A stretch of DNA of 64,000 nucleotides. Source: an uncultured Gemmatimonadales bacterium (GTDB lineage Bacteria; Gemmatimonadota; Gemmatimonadetes; Longimicrobiales; Gaopeijiaceae). The notes beneath the pieces were generated by a model. It was not told the origin of the DNA. It made no database searches and was given only the letters and a program-made list of their open reading frames with translations. Positions 20,612 through 30,197 of this stretch are shown here, one piece after another. Both the position numbers and the translations under genes were made by a program. Position 1 is the first letter of the stretch; each line of letters begins with the position of its first letter. The stretch covers positions 1,632,001-1,696,000 of the forward strand of contig CAWELD010000003.1 of the NCBI GenBank assembly GCA_963809895.1, given 5' to 3'.

Positions 20612-20971
20612 TCACGGAGCCAGGATGATGCGGCTGTCCGCACCTTCCTCGAGCCCCTTCGCGATGGTCTCGTTCACCTTCTGGACCACCTTGTCGAAGT
20701 TGGCCTGTGCCGCCACCAGTCGCTGATAGGTGGAGTTGCCCTGCAGGCGCGAGACCGCCGCCTCGTACGCGTTGGCGACCTCCTCGTCGGGCTCGTTGCC
20801 GGACTTGAGCGCCGCGGCGATCCTGCCCTCGAGCCCTTCCAGCGTCGTCTTGAGCTCGGCGATGTCGCGGTCGTCGTCGGCCGCGCTCACGGCCCTTCGC
20901 AGGGCCTGGTACTCGTCGGTGCGGGCCAGTGCGTTGCCCAGGTCCTTCGCCATCTCCGTGATGCCTGCCAT
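20612..20971 (-). CDS. YlbF/YmcA (Com_YlbF) family protein
   Basis: AKDLGNALARTDEYQAL...AQANFDKVVQKVNETI helical pattern, 119 aa. Confidence 0.8.
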   Translation of the reverse strand: MAGITEMAKDLGNALARTDEYQALRRAVSAADDDRDIAELKTTLEGLEGRIAAALKSGNEPDEEVANAYEAAVSRLQGNSTYQRLVAAQANFDKVVQKVNETIAKGLEEGADSRIILAP

Positions 20972-21001
20972 GCTACCTCGCTCCCGCTTCGATGAGAGTG
21001 C

Positions 21002-21919
21002 CTACACGTCGCGCCGGGCGCGGACGATCCTCCTCCGCCCCGACAGGTCCCGCAGGATCTCCGGCGCCTGAAAGGCCCCGGTGGACCCGATGCTCTCCGC
21101 CACGGCTTCCGCCTGCCCGAGGCCGACTTCCACCGCCAGCAGCCCACCCGGGTTCAGGTGCGCGGCGGCACCCTCCACCAGGCCGTCCAGCACCTCGAAT
21201 CCCCGCTCGGAGGCGATGAGCGCCGTCTCGGGCTCCCAGTCGCGCACCTCGGGCTGCAACGCCGGGGCCTCCTCCACCGCGATGTACGGGGGATTGGAGA
21301 CCACCACGTCGAACCGCTCGCCCGCCACGGGCGCGAACAGGGGCCCGCACAGGAACTCCACCCGGTCGCCGCCGGTGACGGTGGCGGCGTTCGCTCGCGC
21401 CACCTCCAGCGCATCTTCACTCACGTCGGTGGCCACCACCCGCGCGAAGGGTCCTTCGTGGGCCAGGGACAAGGCGATGCACCCGCTCCCCGTTCCCACG
21501 TCCAGGGCCACCAGATCCGCCCGTCCCCGCACCTGCTCCAGGACCGCTTCCACCAACTGCTCGGTCTCGGGTCGGGGAATCAACACCCTGCGGTCCACCC
21601 GCAGGTCCAGCTCCCGGAACGCGGCGCGCCCGACGATGTACTGGAGCGGCTCGCGCGCGGCTCGCCGCAGGAGGAGTGGTTTGAAGGCGGCGAGCTCGTC
21701 CTGCGCCAGCGGCCGGTCATACTGCAGATAGAGCTGCAAGCGACTCGTGTCCAGGGCGTGGGCGAGCAGGTGCTCCGCGTCGAGGCGCCCCTGGGCCACG
21801 CCCTTCTCCTGCAGATACCCGGCACTCCAACGGATCAGCTCCAGGACGGTCCAGGAGCGACCCGCCGCCGAGCCGCCCTCCGTCTCCGCCGCCGCACGCG
21901 CCTCCGCGGCCCGGGTCAC
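21002..21919 (-). CDS. prmC: Release factor glutamine methyltransferase
   Basis: [31 protein letters not shown]. Follows prfA. Confidence 0.97.
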   Translation of the reverse strand: MTRAAEARAAAETEGGSAAGRSWTVLELIRWSAGYLQEKGVAQGRLDAEHLLAHALDTSRLQLYLQYDRPLAQDELAAFKPLLLRRAAREPLQYIVGRAAFRELDLRVDRRVLIPRPETEQLVEAVLEQVRGRADLVALDVGTGSGCIALSLAHEGPFARVVATDVSEDALEVARANAATVTGGDRVEFLCGPLFAPVAGERFDVVVSNPPYIAVEEAPALQPEVRDWEPETALIASERGFEVLDGLVEGAAAHLNPGGLLAVEVGLGQAEAVAESIGSTGAFQAPEILRDLSGRRRIVRARRDV

Positions 21920-23013
21920 GAGACCGTGCCCTCCAGCAGCTCCTCCCGCGCCGCGAGCCTCAGCGCCCGCACGAACTCCTCGAGCTCCCCGTCCAACACG
22001 GCTTCCAGGTCGTAGGTGCTCAGGCCGATGCGGTGGTCCGTAACGCGATTCTGCGGAAAGTTGTACGTGCGGATCTTGGCGGACCGGTCGCCGGTGCCCA
22101 CCTGGCTGCGACGGGCAGCGGAGCGCTCGGCCTCCTGCGCGGCCAGCTTACGGTCCAGAAGCCGACTGCGCAGCACCTTCAGCGCCTTGGCCTTGTTCTT
22201 GTGCTGGGACTTCTCGTCCTGACAGCTCACCACCAGCCCGGTGGGCACATGCGTGATGCGCACCGCCGAGTCGGTGGTGTTGACCGACTGGCCGCCGGGG
22301 CCCGACGAACGGAAGACGTCGATGCGGAGCTCTCCGGGATCGATGTGCACGTCCACCTCCTCGGCCTCCGGAAGTACCGCCACCGTGGCCGCCGAGGTGT
22401 GGATCCGCCCCTGGCTCTCGGTCTCCGGCACCCTCTGCACGCGGTGGACGCCGGATTCGAACCGGAGGCGTCCGAAGGCGCCTCGGCCGCGCACTTCCAG
22501 CACCGCTTCCTTCACGGCGCCGGGAATCCCCTCGGACAGCTCGATCAGGTCCGTGGACCATCCCATGCGCTCGGCGTAGCGCCGATACATGCGCAGCAGG
22601 TCCGCCGCGAACAGCCCCGCCTCGTCTCCGCCGGTGCCGGCACGGATCTCCACCACCGCGGGGCGGTCGTCCATGGGATCGCTGGGCAGCAGATGCTCCC
22701 GGACCGACTCGGTGAGCGCCGGCAGCTCGGCTTCCAGCGACGATACCTCGTCTTCGGCCAACCCACGCATCTCGGGATCGACAGCCTCGTCCAGGACCTC
22801 CCGGGCACCCTTCAGATCGTCGAGTACGGCCAGGAGCCGCTCGCCTTCGCGAACCGCCGGTTCCAGCGCGGCGCGCTCCTGCCCCACTTCCCGCAGGCGC
22901 TCCGGGTCGCGCAGCACCTCGGGATCGGCGAGCTTCTCCTCCAGCTCGGCGAAGCGCCGGGTCGCTTCGGCGAGGCGCTCCAGGAGTCGTGAATCCGGCT
23001 TCGTGCCGCTCAC
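21916..23013 (-). CDS. prfA: Peptide chain release factor 1
   Basis: [20 protein letters not shown] (PxT, RF1 type), [20 protein letters not shown]. Start taken at GTG 23013. Confidence 0.97.
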   Translation of the reverse strand: MSGTKPDSRLLERLAEATRRFAELEEKLADPEVLRDPERLREVGQERAALEPAVREGERLLAVLDDLKGAREVLDEAVDPEMRGLAEDEVSSLEAELPALTESVREHLLPSDPMDDRPAVVEIRAGTGGDEAGLFAADLLRMYRRYAERMGWSTDLIELSEGIPGAVKEAVLEVRGRGAFGRLRFESGVHRVQRVPETESQGRIHTSAATVAVLPEAEEVDVHIDPGELRIDVFRSSGPGGQSVNTTDSAVRITHVPTGLVVSCQDEKSQHKNKAKALKVLRSRLLDRKLAAQEAERSAARRSQVGTGDRSAKIRTYNFPQNRVTDHRIGLSTYDLEAVLDGELEEFVRALRLAAREELLEGTVS

Positions 23014-23092
23014 CGCGCGCGAATCCCTCCCCGCAGCGGCCCAGCGGCCGTGCGAGCGAATGCGGCCGGGAGTCCAAACCCGGCCGCGAGGA

Positions 23093-23299
23093 TCACTTCT
23101 GGCTCTTGGCGTACTTGCGCTTGAAGCGCTCGACGCGGCCCGCGGTGTCCACCAGGCGCTGCTTGCCTGTGTAGAACGGGTGGCAGACCGAGCAGATCTC
23201 CACGTGGATCTCATCCCTCGTGGACATGGTCTCGATCCGGTTCCCGCACGCGCACACGATGGTGGCAGGCTTGTAGTCGGGATGGATGCCCTGCTTCAT
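23093..23299 (-). CDS. rpmE: 50S ribosomal protein L31 (Zn-binding type)
   Basis: [31 protein letters not shown]. Confidence 0.98.
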   Translation of the reverse strand: MKQGIHPDYKPATIVCACGNRIETMSTRDEIHVEICSVCHPFYTGKQRLVDTAGRVERFKRKYAKSQK

Positions 23300-23409
23300 G
23301 GTCCGTCTCTCCGCTCCTCAATCGAAACGGGCCCGAGGCCACCACCTTCGGGGGCCGGGCCCGCCGGTCTCCCGGGCGGCCGCCCTGAGAGTCCCCGTAT
23401 AGCCTGGAG

Positions 23410-23438
23410 AATATAGGGGGACGGCGGGGTGTGATCAA
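23410..23438 (-). promoter_or_regulatory. Candidate sigma70 promoter for rpmE-prfA-prmC
   Basis: Minus strand reads TTGATC-17 nt-TATATT. Confidence 0.65.
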
Positions 23439-24964
23439 CCGGATCGGAGCGAATGCTCCCTCCCGCCTCCGCGGCGTGCCAGGACGCCCCCGAGCGCCAG
23501 CACGAACCCGGCCAAGGTCGCCAGCGGCCCCACCAGGTCTCCCGTGCGCACGAAGAGGGTGGGCGACACCAGGCTCGTGACCCGGCCGCGGGCGACCCCG
23601 GGCAGGAAGGGAGGCATCAGAACGGTCTCGCGGCCGCCCGGATCGACGGTCGTGGTGAGGCCGTCGTTTCCGACCCGCAGAGCACCCGCACCGGTCTCCA
23701 CGGATCGCAGGCGAAGGTGTGCCGGGTGCTGCCAGAACGCCGCCGTGCGCGACCAGCGAGACACCTCGCCGAGCCAAGCGTCGTTGGTGACGTTGAGCAG
23801 GGCCACCGCGCCCCGGGCCCGGAGCGAGCGGGCGGGCTCCGGGCCGGCGGACTCGATGCACACCAGGACCGCGAGGGTGTCTCCCCCGACGGGCAGCAGG
23901 GCCGGCCGGGTGCCGGCGACCAACCCGCCTCCACCCGTCGGGAACCACTCCACGCCGGGCACCAGTCGATGCTTGTCGGCTCTGGGCCAGGGCAGCTCGG
24001 GATCGGGCCCCACCAGGAAGACCGCGTTGGTGAGGCCCCGGGCCTCCAGCCCGTAGGCGCCCACGGCCAGCGGCACCCCCCATCGTCGGACCCGGTCGGA
24101 CAACTGGGCGCGCAGGCTCCGGGCCCCGGGTCCGTCCAGGGGCACGGGCACCGCCGTCTCCGGGAGCACCACCAGGTCCACACCCGTCAAGGCGGTGTCG
24201 GGCAGCAACGCCGTGGCAGACTGCAGGGCGCGAAGCGCGCTCATGGGATCGGTGGCGCGCTTGACCTCCAGCGGAACCGCGGGCTGCACGGCGAGTGCGT
24301 CCAGCACCGGACGGGGGTCCAGGGTGGACAGTCGCGCCCGGCCGCCGATCCAGGCCATGACCACCGCCGCGGCGGCCAGCCCCGCGGGGCCCCAGCGACG
24401 TACCGCGCGCCCCTCCGGCGCCGCCGACAACCCCGAGGCGACGGCACCGTTCACGGCGGCGACGGCCAGGGCGACGCCGCGCTCTCCAACCCAGGCTGCG
24501 GCCTGCACCAGCGCCGGGATCCCGGCCAGGGGCACGGCGATGCCCATCCACGGAAAGTCCAGGGGACCCAGCGCCGAGCCTCGTATCCACTCTCCGGCGG
24601 TCCACGCCAGGGCCAGGGCGAGTGGCAGCGGAGTCCGGTCCGCCAACAGGCGGAGAAGCGCGCCGACTCCGGCGCCCAGCAACGCCAACAGGGCCACCTG
24701 ACCGAGCCAGGCGGGGATCGTCCACAGACCGACCCGGGGCGCCAACCGCAGGACCCACAACAGGAGCAACCCCCAGTGGACCGCGAACAGGAGCGCCCCG
24801 GAGCGCGCGCACCGTCTCACCGAACCACGGGCGGAACCCGCGCCGGCCACGGCAGCGGCCCACGGTGCCAAGGCCACGAACACCAACAGGGGCACGGGCG
24901 ACGGTGGCGCCGCCAGCGTCAGGAGAACGCCGGAGAGGATGGCGGTGCGGCCGAGGCGGGTCAC
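23435..24964 (-). CDS. lnt: Apolipoprotein N-acyltransferase
   Basis: N-terminal TM helices, EWIRG...FPW, nitrilase triad LPET / KHRLVP / CIES, NVTNDAW, RVGNDGLT. Start GTG 24964 overlaps the upstream stop. Confidence 0.9.
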   Translation of the reverse strand: MTRLGRTAILSGVLLTLAAPPSPVPLLVFVALAPWAAAVAGAGSARGSVRRCARSGALLFAVHWGLLLLWVLRLAPRVGLWTIPAWLGQVALLALLGAGVGALLRLLADRTPLPLALALAWTAGEWIRGSALGPLDFPWMGIAVPLAGIPALVQAAAWVGERGVALAVAAVNGAVASGLSAAPEGRAVRRWGPAGLAAAAVVMAWIGGRARLSTLDPRPVLDALAVQPAVPLEVKRATDPMSALRALQSATALLPDTALTGVDLVVLPETAVPVPLDGPGARSLRAQLSDRVRRWGVPLAVGAYGLEARGLTNAVFLVGPDPELPWPRADKHRLVPGVEWFPTGGGGLVAGTRPALLPVGGDTLAVLVCIESAGPEPARSLRARGAVALLNVTNDAWLGEVSRWSRTAAFWQHPAHLRLRSVETGAGALRVGNDGLTTTVDPGGRETVLMPPFLPGVARGRVTSLVSPTLFVRTGDLVGPLATLAGFVLALGGVLARRGGGREHSLRSG

Positions 24965-26256
24965 GCCGCCGCCCGAACCTCCCGGGAGGAGGCCGCCGCC
25001 TCGGCGTCGGGGCGCCCGGTCCGTCCCAGACGCCCCAGAGTCCACGCCACCGCCTGGTTCAGGGGAAGCGCGAAGGCCACGATCTCGAGATTTCCCTGGT
25101 GAAAGCCGGGCAGCACCTTGAGCACCAGCCCCGCCGCCGACAGGACCGCGACGGCGCGCGCCACCGCGACGCCCCAGCGCGGCATGCGTCCCCGGACGAC
25201 AAGCAGGGCCGCCGCCAGGCCCAGCGCCACATGCAGCGGACTCGCCTGGAAGAGGTTCTCGTTGGGCCGCCAGAAAACATGATCGGTCAGGTACGAGCCC
25301 AGCAGCACGGTGCCGGCGAATCCGGCGATCAGGCACCAGAGCGCGCACAGAGCGCCGGACAGCCTCCCAACCGCCCCGCTCCGGGGCGCGGCCAGCCCCA
25401 GGAGGGCCACCATGGCCGCGCCGACGAGTCCCAGAAGGAGGAACTGCACCACGTGGCTGCGTGGCTCACTGGGAACCGGCCCCCGGGTGCTGTCCAGGAG
25501 CTGGATCTCACGCCGCACCAACGGCCGCTCCACCCCGTCGGCGCCGGTGATCGTGGTCTCCGCCGCGAAGGCCCGGACCTTCATGGGAATGAACATCTCC
25601 TGCCAGGCGTCGATGGTCTCGTCGCCGGGCTCGCCGAGCACGATCTGGACGCCGGTGCGGGGCCAGGGATCACCGCGCAGCAGGCGCAGGGTGTGCCAGC
25701 GCCAGGTGGTCCCGGTGGGGACCGACGCCCACCGACGCTCGAGGGCCCCGCCCAGGACCGCGTCCAGCATGTCGCGCACGCGGGTCGAGCAGTTGTCCCG
25801 ATAATAGTCGTAGCGGTAGTAGCGGTTCTCGGGCTGGGCGTTCAGCCGGATGAGCCGGTCCAACTCGGCTTCCTGGGACGGGGTCAGCTCCAGTTCCTGC
25901 GCCCATACCGGCCGATTGCGCTCTCGATACTCGGCCAGGGTGGCCTCCATGCTGAATCCGCCCATGGCGTACAGCATCTCCCCCCGGATCAACCGCGGGA
26001 TGAACCCCTCCTGGCTGAACGAGAACAGCCCCCAGTTCCAGACCGCGTCCTCGCCGGTGCGCTCGTCGTGGATCCAGATGGCGTTGTGGCCGAAGCGCTC
26101 CCAGACGGCGTCGCCCGGGCCCATGGTCACCAGGTAGACGGTGAGAGGATCGTCCTGGGCGGCAACCGAGTCGCCGGGATCCTGCGCCGAGGCGCGGGCC
26201 GGCGCCGACCCCGCCAACGTCGCCAGCACCAGGAGCGCCGGCAACGGCCCCCGCAC
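24961..26256 (-). CDS. DUF4105 protein, Lnb-like lipoprotein N-acyltransferase architecture
   Basis: Signal peptide, LVTMGPGD...FGHNAI...NWGLFSF...YRYDYYRDNCSTRVRD...MFIP, then 4-5 C-terminal TM helices. Confidence 0.82.
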   Translation of the reverse strand: MRGPLPALLVLATLAGSAPARASAQDPGDSVAAQDDPLTVYLVTMGPGDAVWERFGHNAIWIHDERTGEDAVWNWGLFSFSQEGFIPRLIRGEMLYAMGGFSMEATLAEYRERNRPVWAQELELTPSQEAELDRLIRLNAQPENRYYRYDYYRDNCSTRVRDMLDAVLGGALERRWASVPTGTTWRWHTLRLLRGDPWPRTGVQIVLGEPGDETIDAWQEMFIPMKVRAFAAETTITGADGVERPLVRREIQLLDSTRGPVPSEPRSHVVQFLLLGLVGAAMVALLGLAAPRSGAVGRLSGALCALWCLIAGFAGTVLLGSYLTDHVFWRPNENLFQASPLHVALGLAAALLVVRGRMPRWGVAVARAVAVLSAAGLVLKVLPGFHQGNLEIVAFALPLNQAVAWTLGRLGRTGRPDAEAAASSREVRAAA

Positions 26257-26267
26257 CCGGCGGGTGC

Positions 26268-27281
26268 TCAGAGCTCCACCTCCCGCCGTTCCTCGGACGA
26301 CCGGTACACGGCTTCGATCACCGCCATCAGGTGTTCCTGCTCCTCGGGCAGATCGCCGTTCCCCTCGCCCTTGGCCGCCCGCAGAAAATGATCGATCTCA
26401 CGGCGATAGGCGTTCATGTACGGGGCGCTGCCCGAGGGCAGCGGGGGCTGCTTGGGCGTGACCTCCATGGGCCGGCCGCCCAGTTGCTTGAACACCTCCA
26501 GGGGCGGGAGCGAGCCGGACCCGTCGGTACCGAGGACCCGCGCGTAGTGGCGGTCTTCCGACCCGAAGAAGCTCCAGCTCACCTCGACCGAGAGCGCGAT
26601 CCCGTCGGCGGTCTCGGCGAGGAGGGTGGCTGCGTCCTCCACCTCGTACTCGTCGCGGGACAGCACCGCGCTCACGCGGCGCACCCGGGGACTGTCCAGG
26701 AGCCAGAGGGCCAGGTCCAGCGATTGGACGCCCAGGTCCATGAGGGCGCCCCCGCCGGCCTGCTCGGGCCGCTGTCGCCACGTGCCCCGGCGCAGGGGCA
26801 CCTTGCGGTTCATCCACGCCACCCGGGCGGCGTAGGGCCGGCCCAGCTCCCCGCCGGCGACGAAGGCGCGCAGGGCCGAAACGTCGGGTCGGAAGCGATG
26901 GCTCATGCCGACCATGACCGTGCACTCCGACGCCCGCGCGGCGTCGAGCACTCGCCGGCATCCGGCGGAGCTGAGAGCAAGAGGCCGTTCCACCAGCACG
27001 TGCTTGCCCGCCTCCAGCGCCGCGACCGCCTGGGACTCGTGCAGGTGGTTCGGCGTGCAGATCAGGACGGCCTGGACCTCCTCGTCGGTGAGGAGCGCCT
27101 CGTCGCCCAGGACGCGATCCACCCCGAAGCGACGACCGATGGCGCCGGCCTTCGCCTCGTCGGCGTCGGAGACGGCGACGAGAACCACGTCGTCCCGCTC
27201 GGTGAGGAGCGGCAGATGCACGAGCTGACTCACCGCACCCGTTCCCGCCACTCCGACCCGGATCGGTCCCCCGTTGCTCAT
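26268..27281 (-). CDS. Gfo/Idh/MocA family oxidoreductase
   Basis: VGVAGTG, CTPNHLH, GKHVLVERP, GGGALMDLGV. Start ATG 27281. Confidence 0.92.
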   Translation of the reverse strand: MSNGGPIRVGVAGTGAVSQLVHLPLLTERDDVVLVAVSDADEAKAGAIGRRFGVDRVLGDEALLTDEEVQAVLICTPNHLHESQAVAALEAGKHVLVERPLALSSAGCRRVLDAARASECTVMVGMSHRFRPDVSALRAFVAGGELGRPYAARVAWMNRKVPLRRGTWRQRPEQAGGGALMDLGVQSLDLALWLLDSPRVRRVSAVLSRDEYEVEDAATLLAETADGIALSVEVSWSFFGSEDRHYARVLGTDGSGSLPPLEVFKQLGGRPMEVTPKQPPLPSGSAPYMNAYRREIDHFLRAAKGEGNGDLPEEQEHLMAVIEAVYRSSEERREVEL

Positions 27282-27970
27282 CGGTTGCGTGACTCCCCGG
27301 GCGCCGACGGCCCGAACATGAATTGGGCACCCATGCGGAATTCGCCGTACTGCAGGTCCCCCAGGATCTCGTAGCGCGCCACCCCGTACAGGCGGAACGC
27401 GTCGCTCATGGGATACTCGAGACCGGCGTGGAAGTTGAAGCCGGCGGTCACCGAGTCCAGGAGGTCCTCCACGAAGGTGCCGCGAATGAGCTCGCCGCTG
27501 CCGTTCTCCACGTGCGCCGCCACCCCGGCACCGAGGTAGGTCAGCAGGTTGAAGGGCACCGCCCACACCAGGTGACCGTCCAGCCCCAGCACCAGGTCCG
27601 ACCACTCGATCTCGCCCAGGTCCACGGTTGCGGGAGGCGTGTCCGGTGGAAGCTCGCGGTTGACGAGCTCCTGCACGCGGTCCTCCAGCTTGCCGACCTC
27701 GCTGTCCTTCATGCGCGACGACCAGTAGCTGATGGTCGGCGTCAGCCGGAGCCCGGGACCGAGGTACCCGAGGTCCAGGCGCATCCCGTAGCTGGTGGTG
27801 GGCTCGACCCGGGTCGGAAAGATCCGCCCGATCTCCACGCCGATGCCACGGAACGCCAGGTTCTCGTAGTCGAAGTCCGCCAGGTCCTGCCCGGCGGCCG
27901 GCCTCGCCGCAACGGTCATGGCCAGGGCCGCCACCGCGGCCCACCGCACCCCCCATATCCGTCTCTTCAC
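27278..27970 (-). CDS. Putative small outer-membrane beta-barrel protein
   Basis: Signal peptide (AAG/Q) and amphipathic strands such as YLGAGVAAH, FHAGLEY and GAQFMF near the C-terminus. Confidence 0.65.
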   Translation of the reverse strand: MKRRIWGVRWAAVAALAMTVAARPAAGQDLADFDYENLAFRGIGVEIGRIFPTRVEPTTSYGMRLDLGYLGPGLRLTPTISYWSSRMKDSEVGKLEDRVQELVNRELPPDTPPATVDLGEIEWSDLVLGLDGHLVWAVPFNLLTYLGAGVAAHVENGSGELIRGTFVEDLLDSVTAGFNFHAGLEYPMSDAFRLYGVARYEILGDLQYGEFRMGAQFMFGPSAPGESRNR

Positions 27971-29442
27971 TCGTCCACCACCTTGCCGATGAGGTCGTAT
28001 TCCAGGGCGTCGACGATCTCCACCCTCACCATGGCGCCCGCTTCGAGGCGGGCGTGCGGCAGGAGCTGCGTGCTGCCGTCCACGTCCAGAGCCTGGCCCA
28101 CCGTGCGGCCGACGGCCGCGAAGTCCGGATCGTCGCCGTCGTCCATCATGCGATCCACCAGAACGTCGTGCACGCGTCCGACCTGGTCCAGGTTGCCATC
28201 GAAGGAGATCCCGCGCTGTACGTCGAGGAGCTCCTCCAGGCGTTCCCGCTTCAACGACTCGGGCAACTGCTCGTCCATCTCCGCCGCCAGGGTGCCCTCT
28301 TCGACGGAGTAGGTGAAGGCACCCACCCGATCGAATCGAATCTCCTGAAGGAGGTCCAGAAGCTCGGCGAAGTCCTCGTCGGTCTCCCCCGGGAACCCCA
28401 CGATCACCGTCGTCCGCAGCGTCAGATCGGGAATGGCGTCGCGCAGCCAGGCCACCCGCTCACGGATGGTGGCGCGACGCTCGGGACGGCGCATGGCCGC
28501 CAGGATGCGGTCGCTGCCGTGCTGAAGCGGAACGTCCAGATAGGGCAGCAGACGGGGCCCCTCGCTGCGCGCCACCCCCTCCGCCATGAGCTCCACCAGC
28601 TCCGGGGTGATCCCCGACGGATACATGTAGAAGAGGCGGTACCAGTCCACCTCGGTCCCGGACAGGAGGGCGCGAAGCAGGTCCGGCAGCAGCGGCGCGC
28701 TCCGGTCCTTCCGGCGCAGGTCGCGGCCGTACCAGGTGGTGTCCTGCGAGATGACGTTGAGCTCCCGCACTCCCGCACGCCCCAGGCTGCGGGCTTCGGC
28801 CACCAGCTCCTCCAGAGGCACCGAGCGGTGCAGGCCCCGCATGAGGGGGATGGCGCAGAAGGCGCAGGTGTGGTCGCAGCCCTCGCTGATCTTGAGGAAC
28901 GAGGAGTGCGGCGTCTCGCTGGTGAGGATGCGCAGCGGCCGCTCCATGACCGGGACCTGACCCGGCTCGGGGAGGAGGGCCCGGCGCCGCAGCTCGGGGA
29001 CGAGGTCCGGCAGATCGGTGAGGCCCAGGAAGAGGTCCACCTCCGGGATCTCCCGGGCCAGGTCGTCCTTGTAGCGCTGCACCATGCATCCCACCGCCAC
29101 CACCGCCCGCAGCTCTCCGCGAGCCTTGAGCTCGCAGGCCTCGAGGATGGTCTCGATGGACTGCTCCTTGGCGGCCTCGATGAACCCGCAGGTGTTCACG
29201 ATGACCAGGTCGGCGCCCTCGAGCTCGCCCGAGACGCGCGCGCCGTGGCCCACCAGGGCGGCCATCATACGCTCGGAGTCGACGGTGTTCTTGTCGCAGC
29301 CCAGCGTGACCAGGCCGATGCGGGGCCCGTCGTACGCACCCGCGGCCTCGACGGAGTGGCTCGCCGGCCGCACGCCGGGATCCACGTCGGGACGCACCGG
29401 GGTGGCGGTCACCGGGAATACGGGTAGATCGCGTGTCTTCAT
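27967..29442 (-). CDS. rimO: Ribosomal protein S12 methylthiotransferase RimO
   Basis: LGCDKNTVDSE, VNTCGFI, KISEGCDHTCAFCAIP and a C-terminal TRAM domain (EYDL). Confidence 0.96.
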   Translation of the reverse strand: MKTRDLPVFPVTATPVRPDVDPGVRPASHSVEAAGAYDGPRIGLVTLGCDKNTVDSERMMAALVGHGARVSGELEGADLVIVNTCGFIEAAKEQSIETILEACELKARGELRAVVAVGCMVQRYKDDLAREIPEVDLFLGLTDLPDLVPELRRRALLPEPGQVPVMERPLRILTSETPHSSFLKISEGCDHTCAFCAIPLMRGLHRSVPLEELVAEARSLGRAGVRELNVISQDTTWYGRDLRRKDRSAPLLPDLLRALLSGTEVDWYRLFYMYPSGITPELVELMAEGVARSEGPRLLPYLDVPLQHGSDRILAAMRRPERRATIRERVAWLRDAIPDLTLRTTVIVGFPGETDEDFAELLDLLQEIRFDRVGAFTYSVEEGTLAAEMDEQLPESLKRERLEELLDVQRGISFDGNLDQVGRVHDVLVDRMMDDGDDPDFAAVGRTVGQALDVDGSTQLLPHARLEAGAMVRVEIVDALEYDLIGKVVDE

Positions 29443-29476
29443 GCCTTCGCGCCGGAGGGCGATTGCTGTGGCGGGT

Positions 29477-30142
29477 TCAGCCGCTGACGACGTGGACGCC
29501 GGCTGGAGGCGTGAAGGTGAAGTCGTCCGCGCTCAGGCCCGGATCCACCTTCACGTGGTTCAAGGTCACCCGTCGCACCGACCCGTTCTCTTCGCGCACC
29601 TCGATGCGGCGGATCAGCCTCGAGGCCGGATCGATCCACACGGTGGCGTCCTGGTAGCCGCGATCGCTCCGCGGCGTCAGGTGGACGCGGACGGTGGACA
29701 TCCCGTCCACCGACTCCCTGCCCATGGCCTCCATGTCGTACTTCTCCGTGGGATTCTCCAGAAACTCGCGGTAGAAGTCCAGCCCGCCACGTGACGGATC
29801 CACGGGCAGGCGGATCACCTGATCGGGATTCATGCTCCGATAGTAGAGCCAGAAGTGGTCGCCGTCGGCCACCACCTGGTCCCCGTCGGGATCGGTGAAG
29901 TCCATGCGAAAGAGGTTGGGACGCATCTGGCAGAGACGGCCCCTGCTGCTCTTCTCTTCGTTCAGGAGCGGGATCTTCATCTCCTGCACGAAATCCGCGC
30001 ACACTCCGCGGATCCCCGAAAAGCGCTCGGAGGCGGCGGCCAGGACCCGGGCGGGATCATCGGCACCGCCCTGTTGAGCATGCACGCCGGGAGCGGCGAC
30101 GGCGCCCGCCAGGGCGACGGTCGCGAAGATGCGAAGGAGCAT
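29477..30142 (-). CDS. lolA: Outer-membrane lipoprotein carrier LolA family
   Basis: Signal peptide, ADFVQ, RPNLFRMDF, VVADG...WLY, FTFTPPAG. Confidence 0.88.
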   Translation of the reverse strand: MLLRIFATVALAGAVAAPGVHAQQGGADDPARVLAAASERFSGIRGVCADFVQEMKIPLLNEEKSSRGRLCQMRPNLFRMDFTDPDGDQVVADGDHFWLYYRSMNPDQVIRLPVDPSRGGLDFYREFLENPTEKYDMEAMGRESVDGMSTVRVHLTPRSDRGYQDATVWIDPASRLIRRIEVREENGSVRRVTLNHVKVDPGLSADDFTFTPPAGVHVVSG

Positions 30143-30197
30143 GATGACTTCCAGGGATTCCGGGACTCGAGGTGGTCCTGCCTTCCTACACGATCCC

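Noticed and set aside
20978..21004. GAGTGCCTA resembling a CIRCE half-site upstream of ylbF
   Set aside because: Only one arm is present, with no matching inverted arm 9 nt away, and it lies in the prmC stop region. No full CIRCE was seen near hrcA or dnaJ either.
21916..23013. Programmed frameshift in the release factor gene
   Set aside because: The gene is RF1 (PET motif) with an uninterrupted frame. The frameshift is a prfB feature.
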